Shown piece by piece: positions 12,311-25,510 of a stretch of DNA of 64,000 nucleotides. The DNA lies in NCBI GenBank assembly GCA_963514005.1, contig OY740821.1, positions 14,260,001 through 14,324,000 of the forward strand. Direction: 5' to 3'. Source of the DNA: Raja brachyura (Eukaryota). The translations under genes were made by a program, and so were the position numbers. Below the pieces are notes generated by a model, which did no database searches, was not told where the DNA came from, and saw only the letters and a program-made list of their open reading frames with translations. Positions within the stretch are counted from its first letter, which is position 1, and each line of letters opens with the position of its first letter.

Positions 12311-14014
12311 TCTGAAGAAGGGAGGGAGGCTGCTTCTCTTGGCTTTCTTGTTTGAGGGAATCGAGGGAAATTTCTACACCCCGAGGGGCATGTCGTGAAC
12401 TAGGACTGGGCTGACTAAAACATAAAACCTGAAGAAGGGTCATGACCTGAAATATCATGTCCATTTCTCTCCACAGATACTGCCCGACCCACCATGTTCC
12501 TCTAGCGCTGCGTTTTACGCAAGATCCCAGCATCTGCAGTTTCTTGTGTCACCATCTCTCCTTAAAAGGCTGTGCAAACATCAAAGAACTCTGAGCAACA
12601 GGGGAGGTCTTGCCAGACACCAAGATTGTCAGGCACCTTTCTGAAAAGCTAGCTCTTGCACTGTCATGCAAAGAGTTTCTCATTTGAGCAGTCATTTGAG
12701 TAAAGGCACACTGAGCACGTACCAACAAACAAGAGTGCGAGAGACGGCCGCTGTGATGTGACAATGTGTTAATAAACTCTGCTCCTCCAATTATATCACA
12801 AAGCAATCAACCCAAGCGACTGCCACCATGTTCCACCTGCTGCATGCAATTGGAACACTTTGTTCAGCACACGTAGCAACACTACTGAAAAGAACAGGCA
12901 GGTCTTCAAACAATTATAGGCAGACCAAAAAGTGGGGCAACAAATGGTCATGGACAGACTTGCCAAGTTATTAATGAAAATTGTCGAAAGAGCCTTGTGT
13001 ATAATACTCAATTCTGAGCTTTTGCCAAGTTCTAATCACAGTACTCTGTGTCTCAAATTCATTTATATTTGACTAGTGAAATCAACCATGGAATGAAAAG
13101 AGGGAGAAAGGTGACAGGGCTCCAGCAATACATATTCACACCTTCCTCCACCAATTTCATACCATCGCCTCAAAATTGTACACCCGCCAAAGTCAGAGAG
13201 AAAATGCTGGCAGCACACGGCAGAGGGAGGCGTCATCACAAGACATGGTTGAGGGCTGTGGTGCCCTTTTTGGGAGCAGTTGTGACTCACCCTGTACTGA
13301 ATCTCTGAAGTTCATTCCAAGCAAAGGCGCGCAGATGAATGCACTCAGCAGAGACCAACCTACAATAAGGTCAGTTCATAGCAACAGAAACAAGCAGAAT
13401 TCGACACCCAGCACACCCTTCCCTTTGTCATGTGCATCAGATGACCTCCTGAGTCCTACATCAGAGTCAGGAGGTCTTATATCCAAATCCTGTTTCAGAA
13501 ACATGAACACAAAAATTAAGACCAACATTAAAGAGTTGCCAATGGAGTGATGCCCTGCGGGACATGTGGGGCCAAGGGAGCTGTATTTTTGTGATGAAGT
13601 ATAAAAAACACAGCCCATTTCTCCATCACGACTCCTCTATATGGACATACAATTTCCTTTGGAACAATGTTAGAGATGACAATTTTAATCCTTAAATCAA
13701 CATTCCTAAAGTAGCTGGTCGAAATAAAGAGCACTTGCATTCAATTGAACATAGTTTGAGCATCAAATATTCACAATGGACAGTGCTGAGGTCTCACGCT
13801 GATTGGACATTAATGAACATTTGACAAAGGAATCTTAAGAATTCTGCAAGGGTCACTATCAAATCCAATATAATTCATATAACTCGCTTTAAAAAAAAAT
13901 TACTTGCAAGTTACTCCAGTGGAATTTATATTGGAGAAAATTTCAGGAGAGAGGAAAACATTCCCACAACTCTGACCGTCAAACATACCAACAAGCCATA
14001 CACATTTTATTCAC

Positions 14015-14274
14015 CTTCATTTTGCGCACATTGAGTTTCTCTTCCTTCAAGTGATCACGAAGCATTTGCCGGTGAAGGTGTTCCTGCTCCTGAGCATATT
14101 CGCAGAGTGTGTACCTGCGGATGCAGTTGTGGCGCCTGGCCATGCCGAGGGAGCTGCCGCCTTGGCTGGGCACACTGGTGAATCCCTGGCGGCGGGTGAA
14201 GTAGTAGACAGTGACCTGATCAAAGCGAACATTCTTGGCCCTCAGCCGCTTGTGCTTCTTTAGGATTGAGGTTG
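14015..14274 (-). CDS. CSRNP2: CSRNP2 coding exon 2
   Basis: tttcag|CA ACC TCA ... ATG AAG|gtgaat, 260 bp, phase 1/0; TSILKK..KNVRFDQVTVYYFTRRQGFTSVPSQGGSSLGM. Confidence 0.95.
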
Positions 14275-14559
14275 CTGAAACAGAGCAGAGGGGGTTGTCA
14301 GTCACTGCTCTGAGAACGCTACAAGGGAGCAGAAGCTGAACATACTCACACTCACACGAACACGCACGGAGTGCACCAACATTCACGGAGAGCGCACACT
14401 GCAGTCTAATCTATCCATTTTTGAAGACCCCTGTGGGAGGCTGCCGTGCACAAACTACCTGGCAAGTTTCCTCCATAACGAGTATCCATTCAAAAGAAAA
14501 AGTACCTAATTGGCTGCAAAACAGTTAGCGGCTCAAAATTGCAAGTTTCTTTTTTCCCA

Positions 14560-14880
14560 AATAGGAAGGCTAGGCAAGAGGGAATCAAGAGGGTTCAATC
14601 CTGACCTCTGATGCTTTGTGCACATAGAGTTTGCATGTTCTTCCCCACCGTGCTCCAGTTTCTTCCCACATCCCAAAGACGTGCGGGTTGGTAAGTTCAT
14701 TATCCACTGTGCATTGCCTCTAGTGGGCAGACGAGTGGTAAAATTTGGAAGGAGGTGATGAGAATGTGGGGAAAATTAAAGTAGGATTAATGTACAGTTA
14801 GCGTAAATGAGTGATGGACAGTTGATGTGCACTCTGTGGTCTAAAGGGCCGGTTTCTGTGCTATATCTCTCTATGACTTT
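14560..14880 (+). mobile_element. HE1/V-SINE-like element
   Basis: gggttcaatcctgacc B-box, V-domain-like gagtttgcatgttc...ttcccacatcccaaagacgtgcggg, CR1-like tail aagggccggtttctgtgct. Confidence 0.7.
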
Positions 14881-17450
14881 CAGAATCATATTATATAGGA
14901 CACAATTCAACCCTACGTGTACTTGACAATAACAATTTTTAAAAAAAATATAAAGGAACTATCCACATCCCCTGCGACCCCAAGAGGGAACACCCCTGCC
15001 GCAGAGTGAGAAAGCCAGATGAGCCTTTAAACCTCTGCCATGATATTAGTCCTGTTGGTAAGAGGCAGATTTGACTGCTCAGAGAACCCAGGCGAGTCGA
15101 CATTCGGAGTCCAACATCCTTACAATTCACCTTGGCGGAAGGGGGAAGAAAAGCTTTTTAAGTCCAATCCTGAACCCAAAGGTCAGTGTCAGAACAGCGA
15201 GTTCTTCAGGGTCCATCAATCATCTGAAGCAACGAAGGAAGGATTACATCAAATTAAAGCGGCTTGTCCCTTTGTGGGAAACAGACAGTGTCTGGCCAAA
15301 GGGAAATCATCTGTGAAATGTGGTTGAAATGGAACAGAGCCTTTCACTGAGACAGGAAGAGCAGGTTTCTGGGAGCACCATTTCCAATTTTCAGGAAACA
15401 AACACATCACCTCAGCAGTTTTGTAAGGCCCATTAATTTGATCTCTGCAGATGATTGTTTCTCACAAAGCCCATTGTGAAGACTACTTTGTTACAGCCCA
15501 GCTGCAGAAAGGCCTGTAAGCTCTCTGCAAGAGAGGTAGTGTCCCCCCTGCCCCTTAAATTCAAACATTTTGTTTTCCCCTTCCTGACCCACTCGTCTGT
15601 GCGGTAAGGTCGCTACTGATTCTTTGCTATCCAGGTCTTTTTTAATCAAGTGGCTTGCAGATTCTGATGGGAAAGGCAACCGACTTCACAACCAGAACAC
15701 ACGCTGGACCTTGATGAACACTGTACTAAGTTGGTAAACTAAAAACACAAAGTTATTTTTGAGAGTAGTGAGGTTAATGCAAAACAGGCAACATTGCATC
15801 AGATGCCTATTATACGGCGAGCATGATTTTCAGCTTAACAGTGAATTAATTAAATGTAGAATTGGCAGGAATGTAACTGTTAAGGAAGGCAACAACTGTC
15901 AAAAGGTTAGATAATTTGTGATAGACACCACGACCCTACACTCGGCAAAATGCTGGATAAAATCAGCCAAGTTCAACCCAGAAGGGCAATTCGGTCCTTC
16001 TAAGTGCGCTACAGACACACGTAGATTTATGAAATCGTTGAGCTTCAGCATGGAAACAGGCCTTTCAGCCCACCTTGTCCATGCCAACCAAGCTGCCATT
16101 CTGGGCTGCAGTCCAATTTGCTCGCATTTGGCCGATATATCCCTCTAAACCCTACCCAGCGTCACAATTCCAAAAGCACCTGCTTTTCTGGAATTTCAGG
16201 AATGCGAAAGTCAAAATTAGCCAACGCCAACACAGCAAAACCCATTCCCAGCAAATCAACAGCACCAAACCACCACCACCACCACCACCCCGGTCGATTT
16301 ACCGAGAGACTGTTTGAGAATGAGGGGTGGAGCGGAGCAATTTGTTTTTACTTGAAGACCTGGAGCCGGAATCAGTTGTCACATGGAACAGTCAAGGAAA
16401 CAACTGTCAAAAGGTTAGATAATTTGAAACAGAGGTAAAGGGCTATGGGGGGGAAAAAGCTTAAGGTAGTGTGAACTTAAGAGTCTGCACATCCTGTTCG
16501 GCTGAACAACCTCCTTTGCAATGAATCCTGGCCAGAGATCCTTGCAGATTAGAAAGTGATTGTTTATATGGATGTGGGAGTAAATTCAGTCCAGCTCCGC
16601 CATCTTTAAAACTCTTTGAGAAAAAACATTCTTCACTGGATTGACTAAAAACAAGACTGTAGCTCGTTCGTACCTGTTGTCCTGGCTGCTATGAAATAAA
16701 ATACAGACTGTTGATAATCATCAACATTCAGTTTACTAATTTTCTTGCAGCCTCTTATTCCTCCTTTTCATCTTGTGAATACTTAAAAAGGCAAACAATG
16801 CAGCCAAGAATAAATACAGCCAAAAATTATCAGGGCCCATTGTTTGCCTTCAGTTAATTCTTTAAGAGAGTAGTTAATCCCAGGGAACAGATAATTAGCT
16901 CCTTGCACATTAGCCCGCACAGGAGAGCCATATGCGGAGGAAGAGCAAGCACTTCCACGATTTAATACAGACACGCACCTGTTAAAGGGCCAAAAGCTCC
17001 TACTGACATTGAACACCTCCTGCAGTGGAAGGGGCTGATGACACATTCCATTCAGAAACATTCACAGTAGTCCTGGCTATTGGTTGCCTCGTCCCCCTCT
17101 AGTTTCTCTCCCTCCTCCCGAAATGGAAACATTTCCACCACTGTGTAAGATACTTCTATCTTTCCTCATTTGACAATATTCTAGGTTGTTTTAAATATGA
17201 AAAAAGGCACAAACTCCCAGCATTGAGGTCAAATAGGCGGAATATCGGCGCAGGAACTGAAAGGCTGTAGAATACCGGCTTTTGGGGTTTCTGTTTCAAA
17301 ACTGACAAGGCAAAAATTCACACATCCCACTAGGGTTATGATTTGATTTTCTATTCTCACCACTTAGTGAGGACAACTAAAACACTAAACATGCTAAGGC
17401 TGCAATACAAAGGTGAGGTGCTGCCCCTTTCAAGTGCTTGAGACACCTAC

Positions 17451-17610
17451 GGCGCAACTCCCTGGAGCTGGGAGAGTTGAGGCTGTCACAGCTGTCTGCA
17501 CTGTCGCTGCTGGAAACATCATCATCCGATTCCTTGGGTGAAGAACACAAGGACGAACCGTCCACCTCTTCAAACTTGCGCTTCAGGTTCCCACTCACTT
17601 CTACCTCCAT
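17451..17610 (-). CDS. CSRNP2: CSRNP2 coding exon 1 (ATG exon; exon begins at 17618)
   Basis: caacag|ggtgaacaATG; LKRKFEEVD..SSSDSADSCDSLN; donor CGC C|gtaggt (phase 1). Spliced CDS totals 1695 nt = 564 aa. Confidence 0.93.
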
Positions 17611-19883
17611 TGTTCACCCTGTTGAAGAGAAGGAGAATGTCACCGCACAGAACTATTACCAGGACAAGGACATCCGCCACCTCCCCTCATTGTGTAAGTA
17701 ATAATCATCATCAGCAGGTGGATCAGCATCTTTAGATCACCGGAATTACAGAAAATAAATTTACGCTGCCAATCCCAACCTCTGGATGTCACAAAAATGC
17801 AGCTCGAGTTGTAATTTAGACCGGCAATTTGTGCATAGAAAGCTGCCACAAAGTGCAACATGAATGTGAACAGATAAGGTGTTTTAGGAATGGTGGGCAA
17901 GGGATACATTTTGTTCCTTTACTCCCCTACTCTTCCTCAAAATGCGGCCAGAAATTATATCATTGGAGTTCTTCACTCATGTCCAAATACTTGGCACGGG
18001 TTACTGATTTGAGCAGCCATGATCAATGATGGCGGTGCTGGCTCGAAGGGCCGAATGGCCCCCTCCTGCACCTATTGTCTATGTTTCTATGTAACACTCC
18101 CACACTTTGACACTCTATCAGAATTAGCTTGTCACTCATGCACTAAATGTCAACACAAAAGAATCCCTCCATTTCATCAAATCACTTGCACAATGTGGTA
18201 TATGAATGTACAAGAGGCACAGATAGATAGGCCAGTTACCCAGAGTCTCATTCCTATGATTGTGGTATCAAAAACTAATGGGCATGGGTTTAATGTGCAA
18301 GATAGCTTTGAAGAGGACATGAGGGGCAAATCTTTCCACATGGGATATGGAATTAATGCAGGCAAGGAGAGTAGTGTGGATGGGCATGGTGGTCTGCATC
18401 AAAACGGTGGGCAGAATGGTCTGTTTCTACGTTCTATGACTCATTCTGTAGCACGGTTTGAGTCCAATGAATTCATGGATCCACACCCACACTCAATGGC
18501 TTCCCACAGAAGGCTGCGCAGTGTGAAATCTGAGAACTTGCAAATCATTTGCTAATCCTTTTCTCCTGCCAAAACAAATTGGGCTGCATTTTAAGATGAA
18601 ATTCACCAATGGATGAACATTTTTTACAACCCTCCCCCACCCCCCCCCCCCCACTGGCGCAGAAAATCTGCTGGAAGGTGAACTCCCACCAGGCAGAGGG
18701 TTGGTTGCAAGTTCAGAACCCACAACCAAACACATAAGCCACTTCAGTGTAGAAAGAGGGAGTGCTGCAATCTCAGCTGGGCATTGAAGGTCCCAAGGTC
18801 CTAAACAACACCGAGCTTTCCCCATGTGTCTCATAAGTCGACAGCTATCCCTCAGTTTGTACCAGATGAGCTGACGGTTGCTATTTGCTGGAACTTGCAG
18901 TCAACAAATTGGCTGTTATCTTTTCTATGTTACGTTAGTGGCTTCGCTTCAAGTGTGCCCAGAAATTATACCTTGGTCAGCCAATATCCACAAAACACAA
19001 ACAAACCAGTCTCCAATCTCTGTACTGTCAGTGCTATTATGCCATGCACAAGATGGCTGCCATAACTGTGACAGGAAGTGGAAAGACAAGCCAGTTTAAA
19101 GGAAGTACCACAGTGGCCCCTGTCTTCAGCCAATATTAACACTAGCCCCTTCCAGCAGGAACTGCTGGATAGCAAAGAGCAGCACCTCTAACCACCCATC
19201 ACCAGGACTTATCCCACCAGCTAATGACTCTGATCCCAAGGACCCTTTTACAGTTCCAGCCTGTCACCCCACAAGTCAGTGCAGGGAACATCACTTGGAT
19301 GTCTCATGGCAGCTCAATCAAATCATGGATTTTGTTTGTCTCTGCAAGTGTTGGAATATGCCAAAGCAGCTGGGCTCTAGCCCAGATCACAAACCCTAGA
19401 TACATTGAAATGCAAAAAGCAGAAAGGCGTTTTCATAACCCCAGCCTTAACTCTCTGGGAAAATCTGCTGTGCTGAGCAAAACGTTTACAAATTATACAA
19501 TATTTTACCTTTTATTTCATCTCCAGGGTGCCAAGTTTCACTTCCTTGACAAGCAAAATGGGAGTAAACTAGATCACATACAGCAAGGCTCCCAGCAAAC
19601 TAGGGCATCACAACAGTACTGGAGGGGTTTGGGAAAGAATGTTCCTTTATGCAGCCCTCCCAACACCAATGAAGTCACCAGGACTCTGGCCAATTCCATC
19701 ACTACACACCCATTTACTGATATTTCCCAGTCAGAACATTCCATCCTTCTCTTCTGAACCTTACTGTGGCTGCAACATACCACATCTTCTCAAAATGGAA
19801 ATTCAATTAGCCAACTGTCCAGGAACTGATCCCTAACCTCAAACTAGAACAGGTCAAATCAAAACTGATTGCCTCTATTTATA

Positions 19884-20439
19884 GGTGTCCCAGCCAACAT
19901 CAGACGAGAAGCAGCCACGCTGGCCCTCTCTTGAATCGCACAGACCAGTGAATCCCACCTCCTCCATCAGATGGTCACAGAGACACCACGACGTGCGCGC
20001 CTCAAGTCACGGCGCCCCTTTGCCACGCAAGCCTGAGAGCTGCTCTGCACAACACCGGCTGACGCTTCTAAGGCTGCCTGGGTCAAGACGAGATGGAGAG
20101 ACCAGTGGAAGTGAGCAGAATCATCTAGGCGACACCAGTACATCGATGACCCCATGGACGTCCCTGGCCAGGACCTGCCCCGAAATCAGTGGACAACCCT
20201 CAACCGCTTGAGGACAGGCATCAGACGCTATGGAGTAGCGATGAAGAGGTGGGGCCTCGTGGACAGCGCCTCCTGTGAGTGTGGGGACCCAACACAGACA
20301 GTGGAGCACATCGTCACCAGTTGCCCCAAACACTGGCCACCCAATGGTGAACGAGGTCTGATTGACCTGGACGATGACACGTTGGCCTGGCTCGCCTCAA
20401 CGGAGCTGCAGGTCTAAAAGACACACGACAGAAGAAGAA
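19884..20439 (+). mobile_element. Vingi/Ingi-like non-LTR retrotransposon 3' fragment
   Basis: One frame with stops: RLKSRRPF..WTTLNRLRTG..WGLVDSASCECG..QTVEHIVTSCP (CCHC knuckle), very short 3' UTR and GAAGAAGAA tail. Confidence 0.75.
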
Positions 20440-23400
20440 CGTGTAATAAGTCAAGACACAAACAAAGTCATTTGTTTGGCCAAAGGACACACATTAGAGC
20501 ACCAGAAGACAACACAGAAAACTCCCTTGAAGATCCCAGCTGAGAGGTTTCAATGCACCCATTAGATGCCAATGACCAAAGCCTCGGGTTCAGAGTAGGC
20601 ACTGCTCACTTCCACTGCCCACAGTGTACCATTTCCCCACTGGGTTGGGTGGGTGCAGACTGGGGATCAGAGGTCCATGGGAACCGTCCTTCCAGTGCTA
20701 GTGGGGAAGAACATCCTCCGAGGGTGCCGCTAAGTATTTTCATCATCTAGAAGTCCTTTCAGGACAGCACTTCAAGAGCAACACTGCATCGCCCCCCCAT
20801 CATGCCCAAGAACAGGTATTCCCAGGACAACACAGTCCACGTTCCCATGCTTTCCTCTGACTTTGTGGGCAGAAAATGACTTGTGGAACCAGGAGATGTT
20901 TGGTCCAGATTTTCCCCAAGGTTACTCAACACGATCCAGAAAGTGTCAGTGCGACTTTTTGCTCTGGGAGCAGCAGGGCTGGGGGTGGATAAGTGTCAGA
21001 ATTAATTCACAATGGATTAACACTGAAAAACAGAACAGCACTACACAACCAAATATCCCAACCTGTTCCTCTGTGCTTCTCGTGTTCTTCACCAGAGAAC
21101 ATTTGTCGACCAGCCAAATGTCAATCTGCCTCCTCTCCATACTCAAGGCAGCCATGTACATCTGCTTCACGCAGATGTTATTCTCTTTACAATGTTGGGA
21201 ACGAGTGAACCTAGCAACCAGATCAAATGCTTCTCCACACCAGGCAGTCGTGATATGCTCTGTGCTTGAAGGCCACTTCAGAGGAGTTACTGCTGAATGC
21301 AATTTTAATGAATGCATTCACATGACTGAGGCTGAAAATCGATGAGCATTGTGATGGAGTGCTGCGTTCCTGGCATGGCAGCTAATTTAAGCAATAACTA
21401 ACAAAAGGAGGACAGGCCAAGGCAAAACACAAGAGAGCAGCGATGGTCTGGAATTGACTGCCTACAGAGGTGTGGAAGCACAGACAGTCGAGTTCTGCAA
21501 GAGGGAATGGACAGACGCTTGATGGAAAGTAATTTACCGAGAACCAGGGAACGAGCAATGGGCAACAGTACAGACACAATAAGTTGAATGGCCTTCTCCT
21601 GTGCTTTTACAAATCTATAATGCAGTTTACTTGCCAATCTTCAAATCCAACCCATTGGCAAAAGCTCCCAGAAATCCGTTTTAACCAGAGGGTTTTTATT
21701 CCCGAAACAAATTCGTACGAGGAATTTTTGTGACAAACATTAAAGCCAAAACTCATCCAGAGATCTTTTAGTTCTTGAATGACTTTCAGCTGCACCGCTG
21801 ATGATCACACGCAAACCGCTGGAGCAAATGCTGCACTGTTGCTCACTTAAACGCCACAAAACAACTGGAGGGGTTCAATGCGTACAGATCCAGTCATTCC
21901 CTCCCCCTGTGCATCTTGACCTGCCATTGACTCAGTGCATTATCAAAGAAAATAGCCCGTCAATCGGCAACCCTCCAATCCAGGTTGATGAGAGCTTGCA
22001 GAACCTACCCTCAGCCCCTCTCCAGTCCTGTCTACCCAAGCGATCCACAATGAGAATTCCCAGATCATGGAATCAATCCGCAATGGAAGGATGCTTGTGG
22101 ATCCACAGGGGTTAGCAGCGGATTCCTTGCCCATAGAGGGGGCTCAGGATCTGACAAACAGCCTAACGCTTGACCCATCCTGCACTCTACATGCACCTCG
22201 CTCCCCAAACAACATCATACATTGCGGCTGAAAGATAGCTCCAAATGGCATCAACTATACACAGCACCAGTAAGTGGTTCCCAGAGCTCAATTAACATCA
22301 CTAACTTGCCATTCTGGAACTGGCACCAATCCAGGATGCAACCCTTCTGATCAGATTCCACCTCTTGGCTCCATTTTCACTCTAATGGGGTTTTCGCCTA
22401 CGAGGGAGCTCTGCAATAGGAGTATGGCCCTGGAGGGCTGTTGCCAAGGAAGTGGCGCACTGTGCCAGCTTGCAGAAAAATTGCACAATCAAGTCTACAT
22501 TCCCCCTCTCCGATGAATTTAAAAGAGCAGAAGGATTATTCCCAATGTTCTAAGGACAAATTTTAGCACTCAAGCAACATCCTCGAAATAGAATAGCTGG
22601 TATTTGTCACATTGCTGCTTACTGGATGCTTAAATTGGCTGCTTTTTACCAACATTACAATGGCGAATATACTTGGGAAAAATTTCACTGCCGTTGGAAG
22701 TACTCAGAAGGTCAAGCATCTGTAGAATGAGAAGCAGAAATGACAGGGTCAAAGACCTTCCACCAGAATTGGAAAAGTGAAACGTTAAATGTTTCTCTTT
22801 TCATAGATGTGGCGTGGCCTGGTGAGTGGCCTCAGCAGTCTGCTTTCATTGGTTTCCTGACATTCACCTCTTGATGTATGCAGGGCTGTGGTTGGGCTGA
22901 GCATGCACCTTTCTGGGCCACGCTGATGAATAGGTGTTTGCTTGTGTAACTCTGTGCGTGCATTCATATTCCAGCAAGTCTTTGCACAAATATTGTATTT
23001 TTCTACGGTAAATGCTGATGACCTGTGGCAATTGCTGGTCACGTTCCAACTACATATTCATAACTACGCTGATAGTTGCACAGGTTTTGCTCTCTGCCTT
23101 TAGTCAAAATGTCAAACACTATTGAGACAGTGAAGAAAGGTAGCCCAAATATTCTTCTATTGAATCTTGATAAATAATTCCCTACAACTTCTGGGGAAAA
23201 CAGTTTTCTACATATGGACATTAATATAAAACACACTCCTTTTTCTTGTCACCCCCTGAAGATGCTCATCATCCGTTTTTTGAAGGCATACAAGTGGTAG
23301 TCACCCCTTTGCTATTCAATTGAAAAGAGTCGAAAGAATAGTTTAGATTCTGCAGAGAGTGACACGACCAAGCATAGTCTTCAGTTAATGTCCAGGTCAT

Positions 23401-25189
23401 GCACGAGTTGTTGAAGTAGGGCATCCATTTAACCACCCTATCCTGAAGTGACCACTGTGTTTAATTAACTTGTGGAATCTGGGCGTCAATGGCAAGGCCA
23501 GAATTATTGCCCACCCATTATTATCCTTAGCATGGTGGTAGTGAGCTGCCTTCTTGACTGCTTCAGTCCTTCCAATGAAGGTGCTCCTACAATACCTTTG
23601 CGGAGAGAGGGACAGAGAGATATTTCATGAATGGAACGCTTGTCCAGCATAATAGAACATCTCCTCTCCATCAACCTGGTACTGCAGATAAGACACCAAG
23701 CTAGGATACCCATCTGTGGACATTCATGATCCAGTGGTGGTGTTCAATGAGCTGTTCCCCTTGTGCCAAGATAACTCTACGCCTTCAAGACGAGATCACC
23801 TGGCACCTTTAAGTCACTAGTCAAAGACAATGCATTGAGTCCTGCTTGCATGCCAGGCTGTTCTTTGAGGCGATTGTTCACAGCACCAAGGGAACAATTC
23901 AGAATAATACAGCAAAGAATCGTCAAGAAAACGTCATCAACTCAGTCAACCAAAAGCTTTAGGTTTAAGTCATAATTATCCTGCACATGCAAAGAATCAA
24001 AGGACCAAACGTATACAATAAACCAGTTGCTTGTTCAACTAGGATAGAAAAAACTGTGGCCTGCATTGTTCAAATCTCCCCTCCAAATAGGCTCGGCAAA
24101 CAAATTGACATTACCATGGAAACGCCTTTGCCATAACCCATTTAAAAACATGTCACATGCAGCCCATTCTTGCTGCACTTCAGGTCAGGTCACCGTGCAC
24201 AATTTACAGAGTTTGGAGGTCCAACAATTGTGTTGGTGTTTAAAGTTTCAGGCACTCCCCGGCAATTTGGGACATTTATAAATTATACCAGTACCTTTTC
24301 GAGAGACTCATTTATTTTAGGAATGGGACATACTTTAACTCTGGGAAAGGTGAATGCACAGCAATTTGCATTGGTTTCCGATTGTCATTCAACGTGACCA
24401 GTTCAGCGTGGTCAGTGATCCTCCCGCACACATTTGCCACAGGCCTCCGCCCTTACCAAAGAAATAACACTTCAATCCTGAAGAGACAGATAATCCTTCT
24501 GGTGCCTGTGGCTTCTCAATGGCACTGCTGATCTGACCACTTGTCCCTTTGCACGGCACTCAACTGGAGACCAAACAATGGCCAAGTGGACGCTTGTTCA
24601 GTGATAATGGACACCAAATGAGAAATCTTTTCCAAGGTCGAAGCTAATATTCGCCATGGTTGATTATAAGCTAATTTGTTGAGGGGTAAAGAAAGAAAAA
24701 ATAATATAATGTAATAATAATAATTCACAAATATTCCCTACAACTAAAAATCACCCCAGAGCTATTACGTATGAAATAAAAGGCACACCAAATTACAGCT
24801 ATTATTTTTTGTTTGCTGCCTTGGGCCAACCAGTTTACATCCATACGGTCCCATTCACCGATCACCATTCTGTGTGCGGATCCACAATGGCTCCTGGTTA
24901 AACACCATCTTGATTTTAAAACTCTCCTATTCATTTCCTGAGCCTGCCATCCATCTTTAATCAGTGCCAATCCAAAACCCATCCCAAATCTGAGCACTCT
25001 TCCAATTCCAGCCTTTTGATCATTCCCGTTTTAACCAGTTCACCACAAGTGGCCATGCCATTCACTGTCTGGGTCCCAAACTCAGGAAATCCCTCCTTGA
25101 ATTTCTCCGTCCCTCTCTCCTCCTTCGCCAGCTTGTGTAAAACACTAAAATAGTTGGATTTCCATTAACAACAGGGACCTCGCTTTCAT

Positions 25190-25510
25190 GCTTAAAATCA
25201 CACCGTGGCAGCTGTGGAATTTAAATTTAGTTAAAAATATAATCTGACATTGCATGAAAAAAATAATCTTGGCAACAGTAATCTTCAAACTACCAGGCTA
25301 TTGTAAAAAATCACCTGCTTCACTAATGTTGCCCAGAGGAGGAAATCTGCCATTGTTACCCAGTCTGGCCTACGTCTGATTTCAGATCCACCAACATGGC
25401 CGACTCTTAAATGCCCTCCGAAATGGCTGAGCAAATTACTAAAACCCAATTACAGCTCACAGCTTCAAGGGGCAATTAGGGATTGGCTTCAAGGGGCAAT
25501 TTAGGGATTC
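25190..25510 (+). mobile_element. Old SINE; second copy on minus strand at about 59490-59850
   Basis: Both copies share gaatttaaatt..gggaggaaatctgcc..acccagtctggcct..ccagatccacca..gactcttaa..gggcaattagg blocks. Confidence 0.55.

Noticed and set aside
14560-14640. tRNA gene
   Set aside because: Only a decayed SINE head with a B-box; no cloverleaf
2384-17610. Assignment to CSRNP1 or CSRNP3
   Set aside because: [29 protein letters not shown] and [14 protein letters not shown] fit CSRNP2 best as recalled; phylogeny not run
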